From an uncultured Chloroflexia bacterium (GTDB taxonomy: Bacteria; Chloroflexota; Anaerolineae; B4-G1; SLSP01), in contig CAVVUS010000040.1 of NCBI GenBank assembly GCA_963751345.1, forward strand, positions 46,610 to 110,609: 64,000 bases of DNA, in the 5' to 3' direction. Made by a program: the position numbers and the translations under genes. The notes beneath the pieces were generated by a model. The model searched no databases. It saw nothing but the letters and a program-made list of their open reading frames with translations, and was not told the DNA's origin. Shown here piece by piece: positions 55,571 to 64,000 of this stretch (positions are counted from its first letter, which is position 1; each line of letters opens with the position of its first letter).

Positions 55571-55714
55571 ATGGAGACCGATATCCAATCAATGATGATG
55601 GCGCCGATCGTGGCTGACGAGAAACTTCGGAACAAGCGTCGGGAGCCGGTGCAGTTGGAGCCAAACCTAAACGTGGCCCACCTGCTCCACAACCTAATCC
55701 GCCTGTTCCAGTAG
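55571..55714 (+). CDS. 47-aa small protein of unknown function under c-di-AMP riboswitch control
   Basis: SD AGGAGG upstream; METDIQSMMMAPIVADEKLRNKRREPVQLEPNLNVAHLLHNLIRLFQ*. The only plausible ORF between the riboswitch and the downstream terminator. Confidence 0.8.
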   Translation: METDIQSMMMAPIVADEKLRNKRREPVQLEPNLNVAHLLHNLIRLFQ

Positions 55715-55760
55715 TTGAAGCGAGCCGGATTTCGGCCCGAACGATATAAGGTCACAAGCA

Positions 55761-55794
55761 CAAGCAGCCCCCCGAGACTTCGGGGGGCTGCTTG
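55761..55794. terminator. Strong hairpin between convergent genes (probable bidirectional terminator)
   Basis: CAAGCAGCCCCCCGA-GACT-TCGGGGGGCTGCTTG, a perfect 15-bp stem. Confidence 0.75.
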
Positions 55795-55810
55795 GCGTCT
55801 ATGGACCGTG

Positions 55811-55860
55811 AAGACTCTTTGGGCAAGCCCGAGTCTGCTCGGGCCGGAAACCCCAAAGGT
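55811..55860. repeat. REP-like family B copy
   Basis: AAGACTCTTTGGG...CGGGCCGGAAACCCCAAAGGT; close to the reverse complement of 50627-50676, including the internal spacer. Confidence 0.7.
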
Positions 55861-55861
55861 T

Positions 55862-56767
55862 TCAGCTCTTCTGCACCCTCGCGATCGCCGCGCGCACCGT
55901 GTCAGGTAATCCCTGCCCGTTCGAGGCAGCGACGTTCTCCTCCAACTGCGCCACCGTGCGCGCACCGGGTATGATCGCCGACATTGCCTTTGGCGTCAGG
56001 CTGAACTGAAGCGCCATCCGCGTCATCCCGCCCTCACGACCCTCTGCGATGGGGCGTAGTGCCTCGGCCCTGGTGATGTTCTCGACCATCTGATCGCCGT
56101 CGAGTTGTGCTCTGTTGTCCTCGCCCACAGGCGCGCCCGGTCTGAATTTACCCGTTAGCACACCACGGGCCAGCGGCATCCGGCAGAGCAGCCCGACGCC
56201 GGTCTCCTCGGCGACCGCAAAAAGATCCGTCTCCGGTGCCGTATAGAAAATGTTGTACGTGATCTGCAGCACGTCGACCAGGCTTGAGCGCATCAGCCAG
56301 ATCGCGTCGTCCTCGGTGCGAACCGCGACGGCCGCGAAGCGGATCTTGCCCTGTACCTTGAGCTTCTGCATTCCCTCCGCCCAGTCGTAGGTCTCCAGTG
56401 CCTCGCGCGTCGGGCTGTGGAGCTGGTAGATGTCGACCACGTCACGCTGGAGACGCCGCAAGCTGCCCTCCAGCGTCTCCACCATGCGCGCCGCCGAGAA
56501 ATCGTGCTCGCCCGTGCCCCGGACCCGGCACATCTTGGTCGCGACGAGGACGTCGTCGCGGTTTCCAAGCGCCTTGCCCAACATCTCCTCGCTGCGGCCC
56601 CAGCCGTAGGCCTCGGCCGAGTCAAAGACAGTGACGCCCAAGTCGACGGCGCGGCGCACCAGGTTCACCCAATGCTCGTCGGATGCATATGATTCGCCAA
56701 GGCGATTGCCGCCCAGGCCCACCTCGGATATCTCTACCCCGGTATTGCCCAATTCACGATAATGCAT
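55862..56767 (-). CDS. Aldo/keto reductase
   Basis: YRELGNTG, DSAEAYG.G.SEE, SLRRLQRDVVDIYQLH, PLARGVLTGKF. Confidence 0.92.
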   Translation of the reverse strand: MHYRELGNTGVEISEVGLGGNRLGESYASDEHWVNLVRRAVDLGVTVFDSAEAYGWGRSEEMLGKALGNRDDVLVATKMCRVRGTGEHDFSAARMVETLEGSLRRLQRDVVDIYQLHSPTREALETYDWAEGMQKLKVQGKIRFAAVAVRTEDDAIWLMRSSLVDVLQITYNIFYTAPETDLFAVAEETGVGLLCRMPLARGVLTGKFRPGAPVGEDNRAQLDGDQMVENITRAEALRPIAEGREGGMTRMALQFSLTPKAMSAIIPGARTVAQLEENVAASNGQGLPDTVRAAIARVQKS

Positions 56768-56884
56768 CTATCTTGATTCTCCTAAAGTATCTGTCCCCTC
56801 CCTCGCGAGTCCGATTCACTTAAGGGCCGACCCCGGGAGGGTGGCACCAGAGCTGGCGCCGGAAGGATGCGAGTGCGCCTAGCG

Positions 56885-57474
56885 CTACAAGGACGCCCGC
56901 GTCTCGCGAACGGCGGCGTCGAAGGCCGCCTCGAGCGCGGCGTTGGTGCCCCGGATCCCGTCCACGACCTGCTCCGCCCAGTCGACGTACTGCGGCGATC
57001 CGCGACGCGGGCCAGTGCGCAGGCGGGTCCGTGCTGAGTTCCCGCACGTTGTGAGATCTTGTCCGCCAGCTTGACCAGCTTGGCGGCGCGCGAGGCGTCG
57101 GCAGCGTGGACGATCTGCAGTTGCTTGCGGACATCTTTGGGAAGCGACTTGTCGTCCGTGACCTCGCGCACGATCGAGGCGACCTCGGGGCCGAAGCGCG
57201 CCTCGATCTCCTCCGGTGCCGTGCCCGTGTCCTCAACGGTATCGTGGAGCAGCGCGGCCACGAGCGTGGCCGTGTCGCGTACCCCACCCACGTCCCACAG
57301 GAGCTGCATCACGCCGATGACGTGGTTGACGTACGGGCGGTGATCCTCACCCTTGCGGCGTTGGTCCCGGTGGCGCTCGGCGGCGAAGGCCACCGCCGCG
57401 ATCAGGTCGCCGACCTGGGAAGCCGTGAAGAGGTCGCGCCGCGCGGCCTCTCCGGTGGATGTCGGTCCGTCCAT
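56885..57474 (-). CDS. HD-domain protein, Mesh1/small alarmone hydrolase-like; frameshifted
   Basis: [12 protein letters not shown]...[35 protein letters not shown]. Confidence 0.85.
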
Positions 57475-58414
57475 CAGGACGCGTGTTCCTGCTTTTTGAG
57501 CGCCGCCTCGACCCGTGCCCAGATCCTCTCGTCGCCCTGGTAGAGCCGAAGCGCCGCCAAAGCCTCGTCGGCCGGGCGTCCGCCCTCCTCCACGAGCGAG
57601 ATCAGAAAGTCGAAGGCGCGCTCGTGGCGCAGGAGCGCGATCGCGACCAGGAACGCGCGCCGCAGCTCCCCATCGATGGCATCCTCCCACGCCGCCTCCA
57701 GAAAGGGGAAGGCCTGCACGAGGTGGGAGTCGCCCAGCGCGACCGCCGCCGCCTCCTGCTCCGCACGGTCCTCGCTACGCAGGAAGCCTGCCACGAAGGT
57801 CAGCGAGGCCTCTGCATCGAGCTGTATCAGCGCGGTGAAGCAATCGCTGATCACGTCTGGGCTGCTCGTCGCCGGTGAGTACCTTGAACCGCAGCAGCGG
57901 CACCCCAGCCTCCAGCCCTGCAGTACCCGATCGCACGGGCAGCCGAGATACGGGCATCGGCTTCGGAGTCGGCCAGCAACTGCGCGAGCTGCAGCATCAC
58001 ATTGGGATAGTTGATGCGGACCAGGCCAAGAGCCGAGAGACCCCTGAGCTTGGCCGCCGTATCCTCACGCCCACCCCACACCGGCTCCATCTGCACATGC
58101 CCAATCCCCTGGAGGTAGACGTCCGGCTGGTACGCCTCCATCCGATAGAGTGCGTCGACGATCGCCGTCTTGGCCGCGCAGCCCGGGTCGGTCTTCGTCG
58201 GGTTGTTCATGAAGCGGTCGAAGGCCTGCACCAGATCGGGCACCAGTTCGAATAACTGGAACTCGCCCGCGATCTCCGCGGCCCGCCCTGCGACGTGGTT
58301 CACCTTCGACCCAAGCGCACGGCGAAGCGCGGCCAGCGTCTGCTCGGACATCGGATCGGACCGCAGCGCACTGAGGTCCGCGAGCCGGTCGTCCAGGCTT
58401 CGCGATCTGCCCAT
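57474..58414 (-). CDS. HEAT-repeat protein; frameshifted
   Basis: [56 protein letters not shown]; TGATG coupling to the HD gene. Confidence 0.75.
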
Positions 58415-58416
58415 GG

Positions 58417-59534
58417 CTAGAGGACGTCGAGCTTCTCGTCGTGCAGCTTGGCCAGCGTGAAGGTCGCCTTGCGGCCGACGTCGATGCCGTAGGGGCACGT
58501 GATTCCCTCGGCCTCACGCTGCAGCGCTGTCCTGGTCCCAGCCCGACGCCGCAAAGGTGCGCCGCGCCGTCTCGCCGAAGTCGAACCAGTGCGCAAGCCG
58601 TCGCCGGAGTGCGTAGTCCGCAGGATCGTGCGGCAGATAGTCGATCATCTGCCGGTCGATGTGCCCCTCGAGCCGGAATAGGCCCATCAGCTCGGGCGAG
58701 CAGACGCCGCACTGGCGGCAGACGTAGTCGCCGAGCTCCGGGGCATCGCGCAGGATCGCCTCGCGCTCCGCTGCGTCCGCGGCGCCCTTGGCGAGCGCTG
58801 CCGCCGCCTCGTAGACGTGCTCGACACGGTTCATCCCGCAGATCAGCACCTCGGACCCCGATCCGAACGCGTAGCGCAGCGCGGGCTCGGGCGACCGGTA
58901 GAGGAAGCCATCAGCCCAGCGGCTTCATCGCCGTGATGCCGACGCCCTTCTCGCGCGCCAGCGGATAGACCTGATCGTGGATCTCGGGGATCCACTGATC
59001 CTCCAGGTAGTTGTCCCAAATCAGGATCACCGACGAGGGGATGCGACGGATGGCCTCCATATAGAGCTGAGGCGGGCGATGGCTGCTGAAGCCCATCCCA
59101 CTGACCAGACCCTCTTCCTTGGCGCGCAGCAGCGCCTCCATGGCTCCGTCCTTGCCCGTGATCGTGTCCAGATCCTCCATCGTATTGACGCCGTGGAAGA
59201 AGTAGAACTCGATGTGATCGGTGCGCAGCAGTTTGAGCGTGGTCTCCAGGTCGCGGCGGATGCCGTCGCCATCGCGCGCGCCGCTCTTGCTCGCGAGCAC
59301 GATGCCGTCGCGGCGCCCCTCGAGTGCGCGGCCCAGCTTGTCCTCCGACGCGCCATTGCCATAGCCGCGGGCCGTCTCAATATAGGTTCCCCCTACCTCC
59401 AGGAACGCCGACACCACTTTCTCGACGATCTCCGACGAGATTTCGAGCTGGTGGAAGCCTCCCAATCCAAGCCGGCTCACCGTCAGTCCGGTGGCGCCCA
59501 GTGTCGTCTGCGGCAGCTTCTGCGTTGTAATCAT
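58417..59534 (-). CDS. Aldo/keto reductase with C-terminal Fe-S cluster domain; frameshifted
   Basis: LGATGLTVSRLGLGG, ETARGY, LRTDHIE, AMKPLG, CRQCGVC, C-terminal CPYGID. Confidence 0.82.
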
Positions 59535-59564
59535 GGCTCATCTCCTCCTATGTGAAGTCCTGGA

Positions 59565-59600
59565 AGATTGGACCAATCTTCTTGGATTGGTCCAATCTAG
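59565..59600. repeat. Family C palindrome pair
   Basis: AGATTGGACCAATCT (59565-59579) and GGATTGGTCCAATCT (59584-59598); intergenic. Confidence 0.8.
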
Positions 59601-59626
59601 TACGACCGTCCGCATCAGCAAACTCG

Positions 59627-60472
59627 CTATCGCGGAGGCCCGGCGAGCACGCGGGCGCGCAGCGTCTCGGCGGTGCACTCGCCTTCCATCCCGTAGCACG
59701 CGATCATCTCCAGCCACCAGGTCGTCCCCGCCTCGGCGTACCGTGCGGTGGTCTCCCGCGCCGCGGACGGATCGCCCGCGGGCGTGGTGCCCACACTGAC
59801 TACGTCAAAGGGCCCTCCGGCCTGGCGATGCGCCATCACGTAGCCGATGGCCTCCCGCAACTGGGCCAGCTCCTCGTCCAGACTCAGCCCGTAGTCGAAG
59901 AGCGGGAACATTCCATCCCACCGCGCCATGCGGCGGAACGGCGCCCTGTTGGGCCAGAACCCGCCGACCCAGATGGGGATGCGCGGCGCCTGCACCGGTG
60001 TGGGCAGAAAGTGGGCGTCGCGTACGCTGTAGTACGCGCCGTCATAACTGAAACGCTCTCCGGACCAGAGGCCCGCCAACACCTCGAGCCCCTCGTCCAG
60101 CATCGCGCCGCGGGTCGGTAGGTCCGTCTCCTCCCCGAGATTTCCCCACTCCTCGTCGCCTACCCCGATCCCCACCCCAAGGACGAGCCGGCCTCCTGAG
60201 AGTTGGTCGACCGAGACCGTCTCACGAGCCAGCTTCCACGGCCTACGCCGCGGCAGCGGCGTGACCGTCGTGCCCAAGCGGATCTGCGAGGTCGACATCG
60301 CGGCGGCGGTCAACGCCACCCAGGGATCGACGAAGGGCTGGTCCCCCATAGCGATGTGGTCCCAGATGAAGAAGCCATCCCAACCCGCGGCCTCGGCATC
60401 CTCCGCCAGCGCCGCCATGGCAGAGGCGCTGCCAAACGCACCGAAATTTGGCAGGTAGACACCATAGCGCAT
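59627..60472 (-). CDS. LLM-class flavin-dependent oxidoreductase
   Basis: AEAAGWDGFFIWDH, DPWVALTAAA, IRLGTTVTPLPRRRPWKLARE, LSGGRLVLGVG, PIWVGG. Confidence 0.92.
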   Translation of the reverse strand: MRYGVYLPNFGAFGSASAMAALAEDAEAAGWDGFFIWDHIAMGDQPFVDPWVALTAAAMSTSQIRLGTTVTPLPRRRPWKLARETVSVDQLSGGRLVLGVGIGVGDEEWGNLGEETDLPTRGAMLDEGLEVLAGLWSGERFSYDGAYYSVRDAHFLPTPVQAPRIPIWVGGFWPNRAPFRRMARWDGMFPLFDYGLSLDEELAQLREAIGYVMAHRQAGGPFDVVSVGTTPAGDPSAARETTARYAEAGTTWWLEMIACYGMEGECTAETLRARVLAGPPR

Positions 60473-60586
60473 TGGGGAACCTCCTTTTGGATGAACGCCG
60501 CCAACAGCGAAGTCTACCACAGCAAGTGGCGTATGGAAAGCTGGGAACGAGACACCGCGACGCGGGACCGGCGGTGAGCGGCGCAG

Positions 60587-61477
60587 CTAGACGAGCGCCG
60601 GGCGGAGCGACCGCACGACGCCTAGCGACGCCTGCGCTTCCTCGATCTTGAGCTCGAAGATCACGGGTCCATCGAACCCCGCCGCCACGACGTGGTCGAG
60701 GAACGCCCCGACGTCCAGATCGCCGGTCCCCAGCGGCTGATGGTCCCGGCCGTAGACGAGCGCACCGGGGGTCTCCGGCCGAACCGCATCGTGCAGGTGG
60801 ATCTCCGCCAGGCGATCCCCGCACAGATCCACCGCCTCGAGCAGCTCTACCGGGCCGGAGAATCCCGACAGCACGTGCCCAACGTCGAGACAGAGTGAAA
60901 GGTCAAGCGCATCCGCCATCTCCAAGGTGAGGTCCAGAGGAAACTCAACAGTCTCAATAGCCAGGCGGCGGCTCGGGATACCGGTCATCTCCAGGATCAT
61001 CTGAAGACTCTGCATCGCGGCCTGCTGGAACTGGCGCAGGATCAGGCCCTTGCCCATCGCAGGGAGCGACATCGACGCAAACTCGGCCGCAAGGGCACCC
61101 GTCGCGTGGAGCACGTAGACCTCCGGCCCGAGCGGCAGAGTTGCCTCAATGATCTCCACCAGAGCCTTAACCGAACCCTCTCGGACAGGCCGCAGCGGCG
61201 TGGAGGGTTCCACCGACCACAACGGCAGATGCACGGTATACTGAAGCCCACGCTGATCGCCCAGATCGTGCAGGGCCTGGATCTGTGAGGGAGCGAAAGC
61301 CTGCGGCATGAACGTCGCAAGGTCGCCACCCAACTCAATCACGCCGTACCCCTGCCGATGGAGAGCCATGACCAGCTCAACCTGGCTAAACTCCGTCGCA
61401 TAGTCCTGTAGTTGATCCGTGGACAGACCTGTTGGGACCAGTGCCGCAACCTGCATCGCCATGATGCCGAAGCGCAT
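60587..61477 (-). CDS. Sugar-phosphate isomerase/epimerase (AP endonuclease 2) TIM barrel, CbiR-like
   Basis: YTVHLP, VLH, AIE, CLDVGH, EIHLHD, DH.PLG.G, IFE metal-binding motifs. Confidence 0.78.
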   Translation of the reverse strand: MRFGIMAMQVAALVPTGLSTDQLQDYATEFSQVELVMALHRQGYGVIELGGDLATFMPQAFAPSQIQALHDLGDQRGLQYTVHLPLWSVEPSTPLRPVREGSVKALVEIIEATLPLGPEVYVLHATGALAAEFASMSLPAMGKGLILRQFQQAAMQSLQMILEMTGIPSRRLAIETVEFPLDLTLEMADALDLSLCLDVGHVLSGFSGPVELLEAVDLCGDRLAEIHLHDAVRPETPGALVYGRDHQPLGTGDLDVGAFLDHVVAAGFDGPVIFELKIEEAQASLGVVRSLRPALV

Positions 61478-61486
61478 GTTATCTCC

Positions 61487-61661
61487 TCATTCTTCCGCTA
61501 TCTTCGTCACCCGACGTATCGCCGGGTCCGTGAACACGTCCTGTACATCCACCGCCCGCGACGAGAAACTCCAGACGACCGCGCCGTCGGGTCCGGCCTG
61601 GAACCAGTGTAGGGTATGACGACCGCGCCGTCGGGTCCGGCCTGGAACCAGTGCAGGGTAT
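61487..61661 (-). pseudogene. 3' remnant of a D-lyxose/D-mannose isomerase family gene
   Basis: TLHWFQAGPDGAVVWSFSS..VDVQDVFTDPAIRR matches the C-terminal cupin motif of D-lyxose ketol-isomerases; the 5' portion is absent. Confidence 0.7.
61574..61661. repeat. 44-bp tandem duplication at a breakpoint
   Basis: GACGACCGCGCCGTCGGGTCCGGCCTGGAACCAGTG(T/C)AGGGTAT at 61574-61617 and 61618-61661, one mismatch. Confidence 0.9.
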
Positions 61662-61695
61662 CCGCGCGCGCGAAGCTCGGCTTCGAGCACTGGAA

Positions 61696-62659
61696 ATGAA
61701 CGCCTACGTCGCAGCAACCGACTACGACTGGTTCGCGTTCCTCGCAGGCCGGGAGGACATCGATGAGGTCAACTTCTGGCTCCCGAAACGCTGGGGGGGC
61801 CGATTCGGGGTTCTGAGCCCGGGCCAGCCGCTTCTCTTCAAGCTCAAGAGCCCCCACAACGCCATCGCCGGGGGAGGGTTCTTCACGCACTACACGGAGC
61901 TTCCGCTGTCCATCGCATGGGACGCCTTCGGGCCCAAGAACGGAGCGTCCAGCCATCTCGAGGTGTGGCGGAGGATCACTCGATTGCGCCGGGAGCAGCC
62001 TCGTCCAGGGGACGACCCGACGATTGGCTGCGTCCTCCTCGCCGAGCCGTTCTTCTGGTCGCAAGACCTCTGGATCCGCGATATCCCAGGATGGCATCCG
62101 AACATTCAGCGCGGGCGGACCTCGATCTGCGCCAGGGTGAGGGGCTCCAGATCTGGAAGAGGGTGATCCAGCGATTGGAAGTCACGACCTGGGGTAATGC
62201 GGCCGACACCTGGAATCAGGAAAAAGGCCGGGAACGGCTCCAGCACCTGCCAATCCCCGGCGGTTACGGCGATCCGCTGACAACCCGCCCTCGTCTCGGC
62301 CAGGGCACGTTCCGGGCCGTGGTCACCGACCTGTACGAGCGGAGGTGCGCCATCACCCAGGAGAAGGCCCTGCCCGCCTGGAGGCGGCTCAGATTCATCC
62401 CGTTCCATGACCTGCCGGAGCACGAAGTCACGAACGGCATCCTCCTGCGGTCCGACGTCCACCGCCTCTTCGATGCCGGCTACAGCCTGTCACACCCCAG
62501 TACGACGTTGTTGCCAGCCGACGGCTGAAGGAGGACTTCGACGACGGGGAGAACTACCGCAAGCTGCACGGAAGCCGGATATGGGTGCCGGAGCCAGCGG
62601 CGTCGAGGCCGGACGCGGAGGTGCTCCGCTGGCACAACGAGAATAGGTTCAGGGGATGA
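61696..62659 (+). CDS. HNH endonuclease (putative restriction endonuclease); frameshifted
   Basis: TDYDWF...EVNFW.P...LFKLKSPHNAI.GGGFF...AWDAFG.KNG N-terminal domain; RLGQGTFR.VVTDLY.RRCAIT, NGILLRSDVHRLFDAGY, LRWHNENRF. Confidence 0.85.
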
Positions 62660-62800
62660 GTCCGCCTGGCCGACAAGCTGGGCGTCGACATGCTGGAGAA
62701 CGCGGAGGCCAAGCTGAGGGAGAACGACGCCAAGCACCCGCCCAGCAGGGTCCGTAGCAGCGCGCGCCACTACTACGACTACGAGGAGGTCGATACTAGC
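62660..62800 (+). pseudogene. C-terminal remnant of a MazG-like nucleotide pyrophosphohydrolase
   Basis: VRLADKLGVDMLENAEAKLRENDAKHP..RVRSSARHY resembles the C-terminus of MazG-like (DCTPP1-type) proteins; the N-terminal catalytic part is missing. Confidence 0.6.
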
Positions 62801-62803
62801 CCT

Positions 62804-63972
62804 ATGACCCTCCCCCACCACCTCGTCACCGTCTGGAACCCGTCCTACGCCTCCGGACGCCATGGACGAGCACCTGCGGGTCCTCATCGACTGGGCCGGC
62901 CGGGCCCAGGCCGGCGAGGCGGACAAGACGACGTCTACGTGTGGTGGGGAAAGATCCGATCCCCGAATCGAAAGGGGCTCCTTCCCCACGCCGACGCGAT
63001 CGCGGCCCTGGACGAACAGGTCCGGGCCGGGACCGAGACCCATCTCTACCTGACCGACTACCGCTCACTCTATGTGGCCTGGGTGGGTGAGATCACCGCG
63101 GAGCACCTGCCGAAGGAGCAGCCCGAAGAGCTGGACCACATGCCCAGCCTACTACCGGGACCAGTTCGCCGACTTCTGGTTCCAGCTCTGGGACATCCGG
63201 CGGCTGGTGGCCGACGACACCCCGGCGGTCATCGAGGAGCTGAAGCGCCTGCAGAATACCCGGTACCACGACCGGCCCGTGTCCCTCTACGGGGGGATGG
63301 TGGAGCTCCCCCTCATCGTGACCCGGGAGGACGGGGTGAGCTGGTTCTCGGACCGGGACGTCCTGACGGACGGCCAGCTCTGGGCCCAGCGGGAATCGGA
63401 GCTCACGGGGCGAGACGGAGCGGATGGCCCGGGAGCTCCGGGACAACCTCCTGGGGCCCGACATCTGGAGCGTGCTGGAGCCCGCCACCCGGACCTTCCT
63501 GGCCTCGGCGGAAGCCGTGTTCCGGGCCCGGCAAGGACGACCCGGCGTTCGACTTCTCGGGGCCGGCCATGGAGTACGCCAAGGCGGTGGAGACGGAGCT
63601 GAACGCGCTCCTGTTCCCGGCCATGCGAAAGGTCTATGCCGGAAATCCCGAAGCGGACCGATCGTCCTCCTGGACGGCCGAACGATGGACCTGGGCTCCG
63701 GATCCCGCCCCAGTCCCTGGGACCCTGCTGGTGATGCTGGAGAAGAAGCCGGTGGTCGCAGAAGGCCGTGCGGATGGCGTTCCCCCACGATCACGCCTGG
63801 CTGCTGGGGGAGCTGCCCCACGGCCTGCGGCGGATCGTCGATCTCCGGAATCCCTCGGCCCATAACCGGGCTGTCGCGCGGGACGCCGTCCAGACCCACC
63901 GCCGGGAGATCCTCGGGAATCGGCGAAGAGGGTGTCATTGCGAGAATTGCACGAGTGAAGATGCGGGGGTGA
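62804..63972 (+). CDS. Hypothetical protein, HP0729-family-like; several frameshifts
   Basis: HHLVTVWNPSY...EHLRVL...WWGKIRS...HLYLTDYRSLYVA. From memory this resembles the Helicobacter HP0729 N-terminus (NPYY...GKIRS...LFLTDY.NLFVA). C-terminal part YAKAVETELN...LRNPSAH. Confidence 0.6.
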
Positions 63973-64000
63973 CAACACTGACGGTGCAATTGGAGCGGAG

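Noticed and set aside
55183-55965. 260-aa minus-strand ORF across the riboswitch region
   Set aside because: No recognisable motifs; it lies antisense to a well-formed promoter, riboswitch, small ORF and terminator unit.
61574-61661. 44-bp repeat pair, and the family C palindromes, as a CRISPR array
   Set aside because: Only two adjacent units without spacers, the 44-bp repeat is coding-derived, and no cas genes are present.
62690-63865. 391-aa ORF as a real MazG-HP0729 fusion protein
   Set aside because: It stitches a MazG fragment lacking its catalytic part to alternating correct and incorrect frames of the downstream gene.
10347-63972. Numerous frameshifts as programmed frameshifting or mass pseudogenisation
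   Set aside because: They also hit conserved genes such as jag and nrdG, show no consistent slippery motif, and the fragments are otherwise intact. This fits long-read indel errors, although true pseudogenes cannot be excluded individually.

Overview
High-GC bacterial chromosome segment, most consistent with Chloroflexota (Anaerolineae-like). That assignment is inferred from gene content and style, not from a database search. Many genes, especially from about 31 kb onward, are broken by single-base indels typical of unpolished long-read sequence, so they are reported here as reconstructed, frameshifted CDSs. The left part is housekeeping: glyQ, recO, ligA, mtnP, a SEDS-PBP fusion, a response regulator plus NACHT/HEAT protein, and the rpmH-rnpA-yidD-(PQQ propeller)-yidC-jag-pfkB-parA cluster without dnaA. 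The middle holds an M23/SH3/glycoside hydrolase gene with an LRR-Roc-COR-EAD gene, rsgA, an alpha-2-macroglobulin and a class III RNR operon. The right part holds a 15 kb sugar-catabolism cluster, oxidoreductases, and a junction into a defence-like segment (HNH nuclease, MazG remnant, HP0729-like gene). Top findings: (1) a complete transcription unit missed by the ORF track, made of a sigma70 promoter, a c-di-AMP (ydaO) riboswitch with terminator, a 47-aa microprotein and a terminator; (2) a split NrdD whose glycyl-radical domain is a separate 59-aa gene; (3) an alpha-2-macroglobulin with about six transmembrane helices inserted at the bait region; (4) a SEDS polymerase fused to a PBP domain lacking all three catalytic motifs; (5) three dispersed palindromic repeat families, some read through inside coding frames.
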